DNA of 61,153 nt, counting the filler. It is 5 parts of 5 records of this genome, joined end to end, with 100 filler letters (N's around TTAATTAATTAA, not from the genome) between each part and the next. Parts side by side here need not be neighbours in the genome. Positions count along the whole stretch, not along the records: positions 30,377 to 55,120 come from SRR31156797_10417; 4 more parts are not named here. One strand, 5' to 3'. The position numbers and the translations under genes are program-made. The first letter of the stretch is position 1; every line of letters starts with the position of its first letter. The notes beneath the pieces were generated by a model. That model saw only the letters and a program-made list of their open reading frames with translations. It ran no database searches and was not told the origin of the DNA. Positions 40,425 to 49,896 of this stretch are shown here, one piece after another.

Positions 40425-40877
40425 TCATGCACTCTGCAGAGTTACCAGCTGCAGCGCATGGGTTGTACACTTGGCTACACATGCAGGTTTGAGACCTGCA
40501 TCCAAGCGGTCCATGCACAAGTCGCATTTAACGGCTTTGCCTGTATCCGGATTCATGACTGGAACCTCCCACGGGCATGCCTTTTGGCAGGCCATACAGC
40601 CTATGCATTTATCTTGGTCGATATAAACAATACCGTCCTCGCGCTGGATCATGGCATCTTTTGGACAGACCGGAACGCAGAGTGGATCTTCACAGTGCTT
40701 GCAGGCAGAAAATGTGATCTCTGTTTTCGGAATCCCCCCCACCTTTTTTAAAGGAGTGCAGCTGATATCGCAGAGGATTGGGCCTACCGGCAGATTCTTG
40801 TTCACTTTGCAGTGCACCGTACACCCGTGGCAGGCAATACATCTGCGGCTGTTAAGATGAAGCATATATTTTTTCAC
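40425..40877 (-). CDS. 4Fe-4S dicluster subunit (PhsB/DmsB-like)
   Basis: CIACHGC, CKHCEDPLCVPVCP, CIGCMACQKACP, KCDLC..CVAKC. Confidence 0.93.
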   Translation of the reverse strand: MKKYMLHLNSRRCIACHGCTVHCKVNKNLPVGPILCDISCTPLKKVGGIPKTEITFSACKHCEDPLCVPVCPKDAMIQREDGIVYIDQDKCIGCMACQKACPWEVPVMNPDTGKAVKCDLCMDRLDAGLKPACVAKCTTHALQLVTLQSA

Positions 40878-42988
40878 AGTTCCACTCTCCTCTTGGTGTT
40901 GCGGATACTCTTTTTTACATGGACAAAGGCGTCACATAAGTTGACTCCGCCTCCAGCCTGATCCCATTCATCGAGTTTGCCGACCATCAGCTTCTGGTCA
41001 CTGATGCCTGCCATGAAACTTCTGCTCTGGCGTGGGATTTCCTTGCCAAATCCATGGACGGTAAACACCGCTTCTGGATGCACATTATCGGTTACATGTG
41101 CTGCCGCTGTGGCATTGTAAGATTTATCAGCAGAGGAAAGTTCCACTAGGTCCCCTGTCTGAATGTCCATCTTTTTAGCCTGTATGGTATTGATCCAGAC
41201 TGTATTTGTCGGCATCAGCTCAGATAACAACGGGTTGTTGGTGGTGTGTCCCTGGGTATGAACGGCTACTTTGCCGTAAATCAGGCGGAACATGCCTTTC
41301 TCTGGCGATTGCGGAGCTTCGAATGGCTTTAAAGAGGGGAGTCCAGCTTTATCCAGTTTTTCACTGACAAGTTCAATTTTGCCGCTGGGAGTCTTGAATT
41401 GGCCGCTTAGGTTATCGCGATCAAAGAAAACAGGCTCTTCACTTAATTCGACAAACCCTTTTTCGTCAAAGTCGGCAATGGTATACCCGGTGGGCTCAAG
41501 CTGCCAGGCCCAGAGATCATCTATGGTCTTGAAAGGAAAAGTCTCTTCCAGGCCAAGGCGAGAGGCCAGGCCGGTAAAGATTTCATAGGAAGATATGGTG
41601 TCCCATTTAGGTTCTACAGCCTTGCGACGAACTGCCAACCGGGGTTTAAGTCCTTTTTGCTGGACAATGGGAGTATCTCTTTCAAGATAGGTCGATTCCG
41701 GGAGGATAACGTCACTGTACCAGCCGAATTCACTGTAGTTGACATCAATGGAGACCAAGAGGTCGCATTTATCCAGAGCTCGTTTTTGTTGTTCAGGATC
41801 AGGCATGCCGCTGAATAGATCATGCCGCATGGCGATCCAGGCTTTGATCGGGTAGGGTTCTTCTTTGAGCATATTATTGAAAAAAAGGTGTGCCAGCCCA
41901 GGCCCCTTATCAAAATGGTTATACTGCCAGCCAATGCCGTCACCGCGCTTGATGTCTGGTTTGACACAGTCGATGGATCGGATACCCTTTTTGCCGCAAT
42001 CGCCAGCCCCCTTGGGAATGAACAAACCGCCTTTCATCTCAATGTTGCCCATCAGCACATTAAGAATGTGCATGGCGCGGCTTGCGTAAAAAGAGTCTTT
42101 ATAACGGGCCAGATTCCAGCCAGGATGAAAAATCACGCTGGGACGGTCTTCGCCAATCTCCTCCACAAACGCGAGCAGGTCCTTTTCCTTGATATTGCAT
42201 TCCTTGGCTGCCCAGGCTGGTGTGTACGGCTCAATGAAACTGCACAGTTCGTCAAATCCTGTGACATAGTTGCTAATAAACTCTTTGTCGTAATAGCCTT
42301 GCTTGATCACCTGATGGATAACACCGAGTGCTAGTGCATAGTCAGTACCAGGCCGGACCTGGAAAAAACGGGTAGCTTTGGCACCGGTCATGGTCTGGCG
42401 AACATCGACGTAGGTCATGCGACCGCCATTGTCAAGCATATCCAATGTCTGGTGGTTTTCAGCAATACGCAGTGCGGAAAACATGTCGCGCCCGAAAAGC
42501 ACCAAGTGTTTGGCATTCTTTATGTCATAGGCAAAGCCTTTACGACCAACTCCATTAATAGAGAGACTTGCGTGGTGGGTATTTCGGCCGCAGGTGCAGT
42601 CGTGATTGGTGTAGTTGGGAGAACCAAAGGCATGGATAAAGGCTTTGTACATTCCTTGCCAGGGACCGCCGCGGCTGGAAAGCACCACCGATTCCGGACC
42701 ATGCTCATCCTTGATGGCTTGCAGTTTTTCTGCCACATAGTCCAGAGCCTCTTCCCAGCTTGCCTTACGCCAACGTCCGGCACCGCGAGCACCAACGCGA
42801 ATAAGCGGGTGCTGAGGGCGCTGAGTATCGTTAAGCAGGGCTACACCGGCAGAACCTTTGGCGCACAGGGCACCCCCAAGCTGATGCGGGTTACCCTCTA
42901 TCCATGTTACCTGGTTGTCTTCAGACTCCACCCGGATGGGACAGCGAACTGTGCACATCCCACATATGGAGTAAACTGATTGTTTCAT
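40874..42988 (-). CDS. molybdopterin oxidoreductase catalytic subunit (PhsA/PsrA-like)
   Basis: CGMCTVRC..LCAKG Fe-S, HDCTCG Cys ligand region, PGTDYAL, DVILPESTYLER; no Tat signal. Confidence 0.9.
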   Translation of the reverse strand: MKQSVYSICGMCTVRCPIRVESEDNQVTWIEGNPHQLGGALCAKGSAGVALLNDTQRPQHPLIRVGARGAGRWRKASWEEALDYVAEKLQAIKDEHGPESVVLSSRGGPWQGMYKAFIHAFGSPNYTNHDCTCGRNTHHASLSINGVGRKGFAYDIKNAKHLVLFGRDMFSALRIAENHQTLDMLDNGGRMTYVDVRQTMTGAKATRFFQVRPGTDYALALGVIHQVIKQGYYDKEFISNYVTGFDELCSFIEPYTPAWAAKECNIKEKDLLAFVEEIGEDRPSVIFHPGWNLARYKDSFYASRAMHILNVLMGNIEMKGGLFIPKGAGDCGKKGIRSIDCVKPDIKRGDGIGWQYNHFDKGPGLAHLFFNNMLKEEPYPIKAWIAMRHDLFSGMPDPEQQKRALDKCDLLVSIDVNYSEFGWYSDVILPESTYLERDTPIVQQKGLKPRLAVRRKAVEPKWDTISSYEIFTGLASRLGLEETFPFKTIDDLWAWQLEPTGYTIADFDEKGFVELSEEPVFFDRDNLSGQFKTPSGKIELVSEKLDKAGLPSLKPFEAPQSPEKGMFRLIYGKVAVHTQGHTTNNPLLSELMPTNTVWINTIQAKKMDIQTGDLVELSSADKSYNATAAAHVTDNVHPEAVFTVHGFGKEIPRQSRSFMAGISDQKLMVGKLDEWDQAGGGVNLCDAFVHVKKSIRNTKRRVEL

Positions 42989-43036
42989 ACAACTCTCCTC
43001 GTTTTCATTTTCGAATGTGAAAATTGCCGATGACTT

Positions 43037-43396
43037 TTAGCCGGCCAGAACGTCTGTAACTTTTTCCTTGAGTTCACTTATATCAATCGGTTTTACACAG
43101 TATTCACCAGCACCTAGCTCAATCGCGGTTCGCGCTGTTTCAAGGGTAGGGTAGCCGGTCAACATTATTGCTTTTAACTCAGGTTTAAGCTTTTTCATTT
43201 CTTCAAGAACCTGAATACCACTCATTTTTTTCAGCTTAATATCTAGAATGGCAAGGTCGACCTGGTTTTTACCCACGTGGTCGATTGCTTCTTGTTCCTC
43301 TGTGAATGTTTGTACGTTATGGCCTTGTCGGGTAAGTACTTTTTTCACCAGAACCACTGCATCCAGTACATCATCTAGTACGACTATTTCAGCCAT
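43037..43396 (-). CDS. single-domain response regulator
   Basis: VLDD, ILDIKL, LTGY, VKP; no output domain. Confidence 0.9.
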   Translation of the reverse strand: MAEIVVLDDVLDAVVLVKKVLTRQGHNVQTFTEEQEAIDHVGKNQVDLAILDIKLKKMSGIQVLEEMKKLKPELKAIMLTGYPTLETARTAIELGAGEYCVKPIDISELKEKVTDVLAG

Positions 43397-44957
43397 TGTT
43401 ACCTTTCCCCCTGTTGGTGCTGCACTCAGCGAGCGGCAGACGAATATGAAATGCTGTTCCGTTTGTTTCTTTGTGTGTTTCAGGATCGATTATCGGACTT
43501 TCCACTGTAATAGAGCCGCCATGCTCCTGAATAATGCCATAGATGACGGACAGGCCGAGGCCTGTACCTTTACCGACAGCCTTGGTGGTGAAAAACGGAT
43601 CAAATATTTTGTTTTTAATTTCGTCAGGGATACCTGTGCCAGTATCCATGACCGTGATTTCTACAGAGTCTTTGTTTTTATGGGTGGAGATAACTATGCG
43701 GCCGCCACCTCCTTCATCCAGGGCAAAATGGGCATTGTTAAAGAGATTGATAATGACTTGACGAAGTTTTTCTGCATCACCTGTAACCTCTGGCAGCTCA
43801 GGATGAAAGTCGCGTACAACGTGAATTTGCTGGATGTTGAGGGAATGTTCGGTTACGGCTAGCACTTCCTCAATGAGAGCGTTGACATCAAGTGCTGTTT
43901 TGACACTTTCAGCCTGGCGAGAAAATTTGAGCAGGTCGGCAACGATTCTGCGGCATGCTTTAGTCTGCCGCTCCATCACTTCCAGGTTGCTGTGAGCTTC
44001 ACTTCCTTGGTCGTAATCATCCATCATCAATTGAGTGTAGCCAAGGATGATACCCAATGGGGTGTTGATTTCGTGGGCCACTCCAGCTGCCATCTCACCA
44101 ACAGAAGCCATCTTTTCACGATTAATGAGTTGATTGGTAATGGTCTTCAGCCTTGTCATATCCTTGCCGATCCCTTCGCAGCCAACCATGTTCCCACTTT
44201 CATCGTATACAGTATTAGAGGTGAACAGAATGTTACGAGTTGAACCGTCCCGGCCTTTACACTCGATTTCAAGGTCACGGACAAAGCCGTTCTGCTTAAG
44301 CTCATTCACGTACCGCTTACGGTCTTTTTCATTTACAAAAAGATCGAAAAAACTCACTTTTTCCAGGGACTCGTCTATGGCCAGCAGTCGTCTTCCGCTG
44401 CTGTTAACGCTGGATAGATATCCAGATTCATCGCAAAAATATATGATATCATTAGAGTTTTCAAAAAAATTACGGAGCTTTTTCTCTGACTTGGAAAGGT
44501 TGCGGGTTCGTTCTTCTACTATTTCTTCCAAGTTGGTGTTGAGTTTTTTGAGCTGAGTTGCACTGGCAAAAAGCCTGGTGTTGGCATCAGAGAGTTTTTT
44601 GGCTTCCGATCTGATCGCCTTATAAGCATCAAGGCCTTTATGGTAGTAAATGGTTACTGCTGCGGTGGAGATAATTAGCATGGTGTTGAATCCCCCTGAA
44701 TAAGGGGATAGTTGTTTCCAGACGGTGCCATGACCACTGAAGACAAGCAGGATGCGAGCGATGTGGCCAACGCCGCGGGACAGCGAAAAGGCGGCCATTG
44801 CGACGCAGAAGTAAAAGAGAAAGCCCCATATGAAGTTATTGGGCTCTGCTTTTACCAAGACTCTAGAATAACGCAGAGCTAAGAAGGAAAGAAAAATCGC
44901 CAGTCCTGAACCACATATGTCGACTATATTAGCAGGCAAGAGAGGGAGGGTGTTCAT
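43389..44957 (-). CDS. membrane PAS sensor histidine kinase
   Basis: N-terminal TMs, [32 protein letters not shown]. Confidence 0.92.
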   Translation of the reverse strand: MNTLPLLPANIVDICGSGLAIFLSFLALRYSRVLVKAEPNNFIWGFLFYFCVAMAAFSLSRGVGHIARILLVFSGHGTVWKQLSPYSGGFNTMLIISTAAVTIYYHKGLDAYKAIRSEAKKLSDANTRLFASATQLKKLNTNLEEIVEERTRNLSKSEKKLRNFFENSNDIIYFCDESGYLSSVNSSGRRLLAIDESLEKVSFFDLFVNEKDRKRYVNELKQNGFVRDLEIECKGRDGSTRNILFTSNTVYDESGNMVGCEGIGKDMTRLKTITNQLINREKMASVGEMAAGVAHEINTPLGIILGYTQLMMDDYDQGSEAHSNLEVMERQTKACRRIVADLLKFSRQAESVKTALDVNALIEEVLAVTEHSLNIQQIHVVRDFHPELPEVTGDAEKLRQVIINLFNNAHFALDEGGGGRIVISTHKNKDSVEITVMDTGTGIPDEIKNKIFDPFFTTKAVGKGTGLGLSVIYGIIQEHGGSITVESPIIDPETHKETNGTAFHIRLPLAECSTNRGKGNNG

Positions 44958-45421
44958 CTTTCATCCTCCCCTGTTGCATCTTTGCTTAAGGTCCGCAACC
45001 CAATGACCAGAGCCAGCATGGCCGGAACATAGAGGAGATGATCCATTTTGGTGATGTAGTACAACATCTTGATAGGGGTGATAGGCCCTGCTATCCGTTC
45101 GTTCCAACTGGCTTTATCTATGAAATCAGCGGTACTTAGGAATTTGATAGCTTCATGGCCTACCAGTGCCAGTATGTTCCACCCTGCAAATAGGATGCAG
45201 AAGATCTGCAGGTAGTGCCACCCCTTGTTGCTCAGTTCTGGAGTGCGGCGGGTATGCCAGTAGAGATAGATTAATGCTCCAGTGAACAATAGGTGGGACA
45301 TCTGGTGCACATATAGTCCCTCTGGGGCACTATGCGGTTGCAAGGCCCAGGCATGAACAGGGACGAGCAGGAGGGCAACGATCAATAACCCGATATGTTG
45401 GAGGTGTGATAGCATTTTCAT
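44954..45421 (-). CDS. small His-containing membrane protein
   Basis: Signal-like N-terminus ending AWA, TMs with HQMSH, GHE, MDH; start reassigned to ATG 45421 because the longer ORF overlaps the sigma54 promoter. Confidence 0.7.
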   Translation of the reverse strand: MKMLSHLQHIGLLIVALLLVPVHAWALQPHSAPEGLYVHQMSHLLFTGALIYLYWHTRRTPELSNKGWHYLQIFCILFAGWNILALVGHEAIKFLSTADFIDKASWNERIAGPITPIKMLYYITKMDHLLYVPAMLALVIGLRTLSKDATGEDER

Positions 45422-45445
45422 AGGAGTCTCATTGGTTGTAGTTAA

Positions 45446-45462
45446 AGCATTATTTATGCCAG
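45446..45462 (-). promoter_or_regulatory. sigma54 (-24/-12) promoter of the 15-kb cluster
   Basis: Minus strand CTGGCATAAATAATGCT; GG-GC spacing 12 bp. Confidence 0.75.
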
Positions 45463-45580
45463 GCATCGAGTTTGGGTCGCGCGTTCTGTATTTTAAACGA
45501 AAAATCTGGTGGTTACATGAAATTATTATTAAGAGGCCGGTTGTTGTTGTTCTGAACCTGTTGGTGCGGTCACGGAAGTG

Positions 45581-45790
45581 TGCAACCTAAATGTTGCGGT
45601 TTGGGTCGGCTTGCAAGGGATAATTTGGATATATCCTTCGTAAACTGGCGAATGACTCCTGTTTATGAAGCAAAAAAGGGGGAAAAAGGAGTGCAACTTT
45701 TTAGATGCACTTTTTTTTAAGTGTAATCCTAGGCGATTACTTCACATTTTTTACTTGGATGACCACGATGAGTGCAACTAACTTGTTGCA
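45581..45790. promoter_or_regulatory. three TGCAAC-N6-GTTGCA palindromes (candidate enhancer sites)
   Basis: TGCAACctaaatGTTGCG 45581-45598; TGCAACtttttaGATGCA 45692-45709; TGCAACtaacttGTTGCA 45773-45790. Confidence 0.75.
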
Positions 45791-45957
45791 GTGTGGTGCA
45801 GCTAAAACGTTATGTAGCAATGGAAGGTTGATGAAGAGTCGTATTATCAAAACAGGAAAACTAACCAGAAATCAGGGCTGGGGTGTATTGGCGAGATGTT
45901 TTTGGAAAACATGTTAAAGTAACAATAAAATAACAATTTTCCTTTAAGTGCTGTCTT

Positions 45958-46890
45958 ATGAATGAGTCCACCAAAGTATTTGTAACATCTATCCTGATAA
46001 CGGGTTGAGTTGCTTTTTTTAACAACTGCCGGGGCAATTCTTTCTCTTTATCATACAGCCGTGGAGGAGCAGAAACAGCGCTTGTCTGAATTTGTAAAGA
46101 ATCAGGCGCAATTTATAGCATTGACCAACGAAGTAACTCTGGAGCATGAAAGCTTGCAACAGGATGGAGACGTGGAAAAAAATCCCCATTCAAAATGTAA
46201 CCATAACCTGTCGAGTATTTTTGCAAAGTTTACCAGGTTGTTGGGTGAGTAAAAAAAATATTCTCCGGGAAAGGCCCCTGTCCTGAGCTTTTATGTTGCA
46301 GAAAAACAAGGAGAAAATGTCAAGTTTTATACGGGGATGCCGAAACTACTCAAGGGGGTAGTTCCTTATGAGAAGCTAAGCGGGTAAGCCATGGGGATGG
46401 CATTTGAAGGCGGCACCGATGTGCTGCAGACTAAAGATAATATGGGTAATTCCGATTCTTTGCGCATTTACCCATGTAGAGTCTATAAGCCTGGGGATTG
46501 TTGGAAAAATTTATCTTGCGGATCTGCGTAGTCCTTTTATTAAAATTGCCTTTATTACGCTCACTGTTGCTTTTGTACTTGTCGTGTGCAGTGGATTTAT
46601 CATAAAAAAAACCGTTTCGTCTCTCGTCACAACGGAGGCAGCTTGAAGCTAAAAGTGTTTTTTTTTCAAGCAGGCAATCACCGATAGCCTCACTCAATTA
46701 TACAATCGCCAGCATCTTAACGAATACCTGGAGCACGGAGTAACTCGTGCTGATCGTTATGACAATTCATTGTCATTGATAATGCTAGACATCGATCACT
46801 TCAAGGAGATTAATGATACTTTCGGTCACTTAGCTGGTGATAGTGTACTCAAGGAAATATCAGCATTAATTACTACCGATATACGTTACT
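45958..46890 (+). pseudogene. degenerate membrane diguanylate cyclase
   Basis: Fragments in several frames with stops; AITDSLTQLYNR..IMLDIDHFKEINDTFGHLAGDSVLK then loss of similarity before a GGDEF motif. Confidence 0.8.
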
Positions 46891-46969
46891 CTGCTTTGCC
46901 TGTGATGTTATGCCATGGGAGTTATTGTACCACCGCCCTTCTCATGGAAAAAAAGGCGATGGTGGCGAA

Positions 46970-47920
46970 TCAGTTATCGGAAAATTTATTTTTAGCTTGA
47001 TAGAAAAGGCCTCTGTCTTGCCGAACAGCTTCAATTTTTCCTTCCTCTTCAAGTGATCCGAGATATTTATTAATCTCGTTGACATGGGACCCCAGTATGC
47101 TAGCTAGATCGTCGAGCGTGCAGGGCCTCCGCATGACTGTTTCGACAATGGCAGATTCCATATCGTTTCGATACGAACTGACACCTTTTCGCTGGGGAGC
47201 TGCTGCAATAATCTCAACTTTACTAGGTTTGAAAAAATCAGCGATGCGCTGCATCGTTTCCTGGCCTGCAGCATGAATACCTGAAATTACTCCTGGACGA
47301 TCAAGGGTGTTAAGCTGTATCAGGTCTGGATTGATTTTTTGCACTGCGGCTTTTAAGAGTGCAAGTTCCTGGGGGGTGTCATTGGATCCTGGCAGTACGA
47401 AAATTTCCAGGTTGAAAATTCCTGTAAATTCATTGCGGAAGGATGCAAGGCCTTCAATATAGTCCTCGGGAGTAATTGATGCATGGGGTCGATTAATGGT
47501 CTGCAGTGCTGAGATTGATGCTGCGTCTAGCGATGGCATAACAAGATCTGCATGAAGCAGAGCTTTTCTCACCTCTTTTTGACCCAGAAGAGTACCGTTA
47601 GTGAGGACGGCGATGGACACATTGGGTTTTTTGTTACGGATAAAGGTAAGAACTTCTCCTATCCGTGAGTTGAGTGTAGGCTCTCCAGCTCCTGAAAATG
47701 TTATGTAGTCTGGATCAGGGTTGTTTTGAAAATAATCTTCAAGTTCTTTGAGAACCTCATCTACAGGAATATAATCCTTGCGTTCCATGGTGAGGTTGGT
47801 TGTTTCTCCGCACTCACAATAGATACAATCAAGGGTGCATGTCTTGTGAGGAACAAGATCTACGCCCAGGGAAATACCGAGTCGCCGTGAGGGCACAGGC
47901 CCAAATAAATAATTATACAT
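46970..47920 (-). CDS. radical SAM protein with C-terminal HTH-like region
   Basis: FGPVPSRRLGISLGVD, CTLDCIYC, FSGAGEPTL, VLTNG; ATG 47920. Confidence 0.88.
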   Translation of the reverse strand: MYNYLFGPVPSRRLGISLGVDLVPHKTCTLDCIYCECGETTNLTMERKDYIPVDEVLKELEDYFQNNPDPDYITFSGAGEPTLNSRIGEVLTFIRNKKPNVSIAVLTNGTLLGQKEVRKALLHADLVMPSLDAASISALQTINRPHASITPEDYIEGLASFRNEFTGIFNLEIFVLPGSNDTPQELALLKAAVQKINPDLIQLNTLDRPGVISGIHAAGQETMQRIADFFKPSKVEIIAAAPQRKGVSSYRNDMESAIVETVMRRPCTLDDLASILGSHVNEINKYLGSLEEEGKIEAVRQDRGLFYQAKNKFSDN

Positions 47921-48499
47921 CTTAATACCTTGCAATCGGGTTATAGGGTTTCCCCTGATGGCAGTGATTCTTGTAGTTGTATTTTTGTAAAATACCACTT
48001 TGATTTTTGGCGACAATAAATATTGCAGGTTTTTATCTCTAACCGGAAAAGGATCTCCAGGAAGTGATAATAATGCAGCATTTGGAAAACTCAATCATGG
48101 GTGCAGGTAAATATCGGGACGAAAAATAGATTTTAATAGATATTGAACAGATTCTTGGCGATGAATACTCAGAAAGTGGCTGTCGTTGTTTTGAAAGAAA
48201 CAACAGGCTATGAATGAACAGATCTTCCCGGGTAACCTGCTCATGAGATTTAGTCGGCAGGTTCATCTGGACTTGGGGGGCTGTAGGATGTTCGGAGATT
48301 TGCGACATCAATTGTAAGGGTGAGTGAAGTGCCAGATTCCTGCACGTGTATTAACTGGTTGCTGTCTGAGGTAAGCCCTGTGCCGCACCGTGATATTGGT
48401 GAAATCTTACACAAGAGAGATTATGTTCAATAAGTTAAAGGAGGAGCGTTTGAGTGGGGTAGGTCAGAGTTGCTAATGCAGCAATAGTAAATGAACCCT

Positions 48500-49896
48500 T
48501 TAACGGTAAGAATCGATATCGACACCAAGCCTTTTGGTGAGTTTTTGAATAGCCACCCTAGATAACCCACTAATTCTAGCGGCTTCAGAAACATTCCCTC
48601 TTGTACCATGCAGCAACTGTTCTATATATTGTTTTGAAAATCGATCTGTCACGACAGCTTTCATTTCTTTGTAGGCTCCAATTTGCCTGGCTTCGCGGCG
48701 TATAAAATCATCGCCCTGCATCTCTGCAAGCTGAATGGTATTTAAAGATATATCACCTTGACCACTAAATACAACAAGTCGGCGGACGAAATTTTGCAAT
48801 TCCCGGACATTACCTGGCCAGCTTCTAGTGGTCAGATAGGTTAGGGCACCTGGTTTTATTTTCTTTTCCTCACTACGCATTTCCTTGCTTGTTTTCTTTA
48901 AGAAAAAATGTACTAACAGCGGTATATCTTCGGCTCTTTCATCAAGGGGGGGAATGGATACAGCAATAACGTTCAAACGATAATATAAATCTGCCCGAAA
49001 TTCCCCATTTTCAACTTTTTGCTCAAGATCCTGATTCGTTGAGGCAATAACTCTAACATTGGTTTTTATATTCTTCGATGCACCAAGCGGTCTTACCTCA
49101 CCATCTTCAAGAAAACGTAAGATTTTGGTCTGCATTGCCGAGCTGATATCACCAATTTCATCAAGATGCAGGGTGCCGCCATCAGCAGATAGAAAGAGAC
49201 CGCCTTTATCTCTATCAGCACCTGTAAAAGCCCCTTTTGTATGCCCAAACAGCTCACTCTCTAGCAATGTGTCTGGTATTGCTGGGCAGTTTACAGCCAC
49301 AAATGGTTTCTTTGCTCTCTGTGAATTATTATGTATACGTTGAGAGACCAATTCCTTACCGGTCCCAGATTCACCGCGAACCAGGACCGGGTAATCTGAT
49401 GAAGCAACCGCATCAAGTGTACTCTTAAGATTGATAATTGCAGAACTTTCACCTATGAGGTTTTCACCATTCCTTAGCTCAAGGAGTTTTTTTAAGGCTT
49501 TGTTTTCCTGAACAAGATGTACAAAATCAAGAGCTTTACCTACAACTCTAAAGAGGTGCTCGGAAGTTACCGGTTTGGTAATAAAATCAAATGCACCCTG
49601 CTGCACAGCTTCAACAGCTTTTTCAATTGTTCCATAGCCGGTGAGCACGATTACTTTTAAGTCTGGATTTTTTTTAATGCCCCTGCCATTAATTCCATCC
49701 CATCCATAACAGGCATTTTATAATCTGTTATCATCAGGCAAATGTCATGTTTGTCGAGTAGGCTGAGAGCCTCTGCGCCGCTCCTAGCTGTAAGCAGTTT
49801 GAGCTCATGAAACTCCGAAAGAATATGTCGGGAAAGCCCCCCCACAAAATCTTTTTCATCGTCTACCAGCAAAATTATGTCATGCTGATTTTTCAT
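48500..49896 (-). pseudogene. sigma54-dependent response regulator split by a 1-bp frameshift in a poly-A tract
   Basis: Receiver N-half 49657-49896 and remainder 48500-49648 (GESGTGKE, GAFTGA); A8 tract at 49668-49675, one more A restores ALKKNPDLKVIVLTGYG. Confidence 0.85.

Noticed and set aside
47921-48311. N-terminal extension of the radical SAM ORF and small upstream ORFs
   Set aside because: Family-typical sequence starts at ATG 47920; the upstream frames have no recognisable motif
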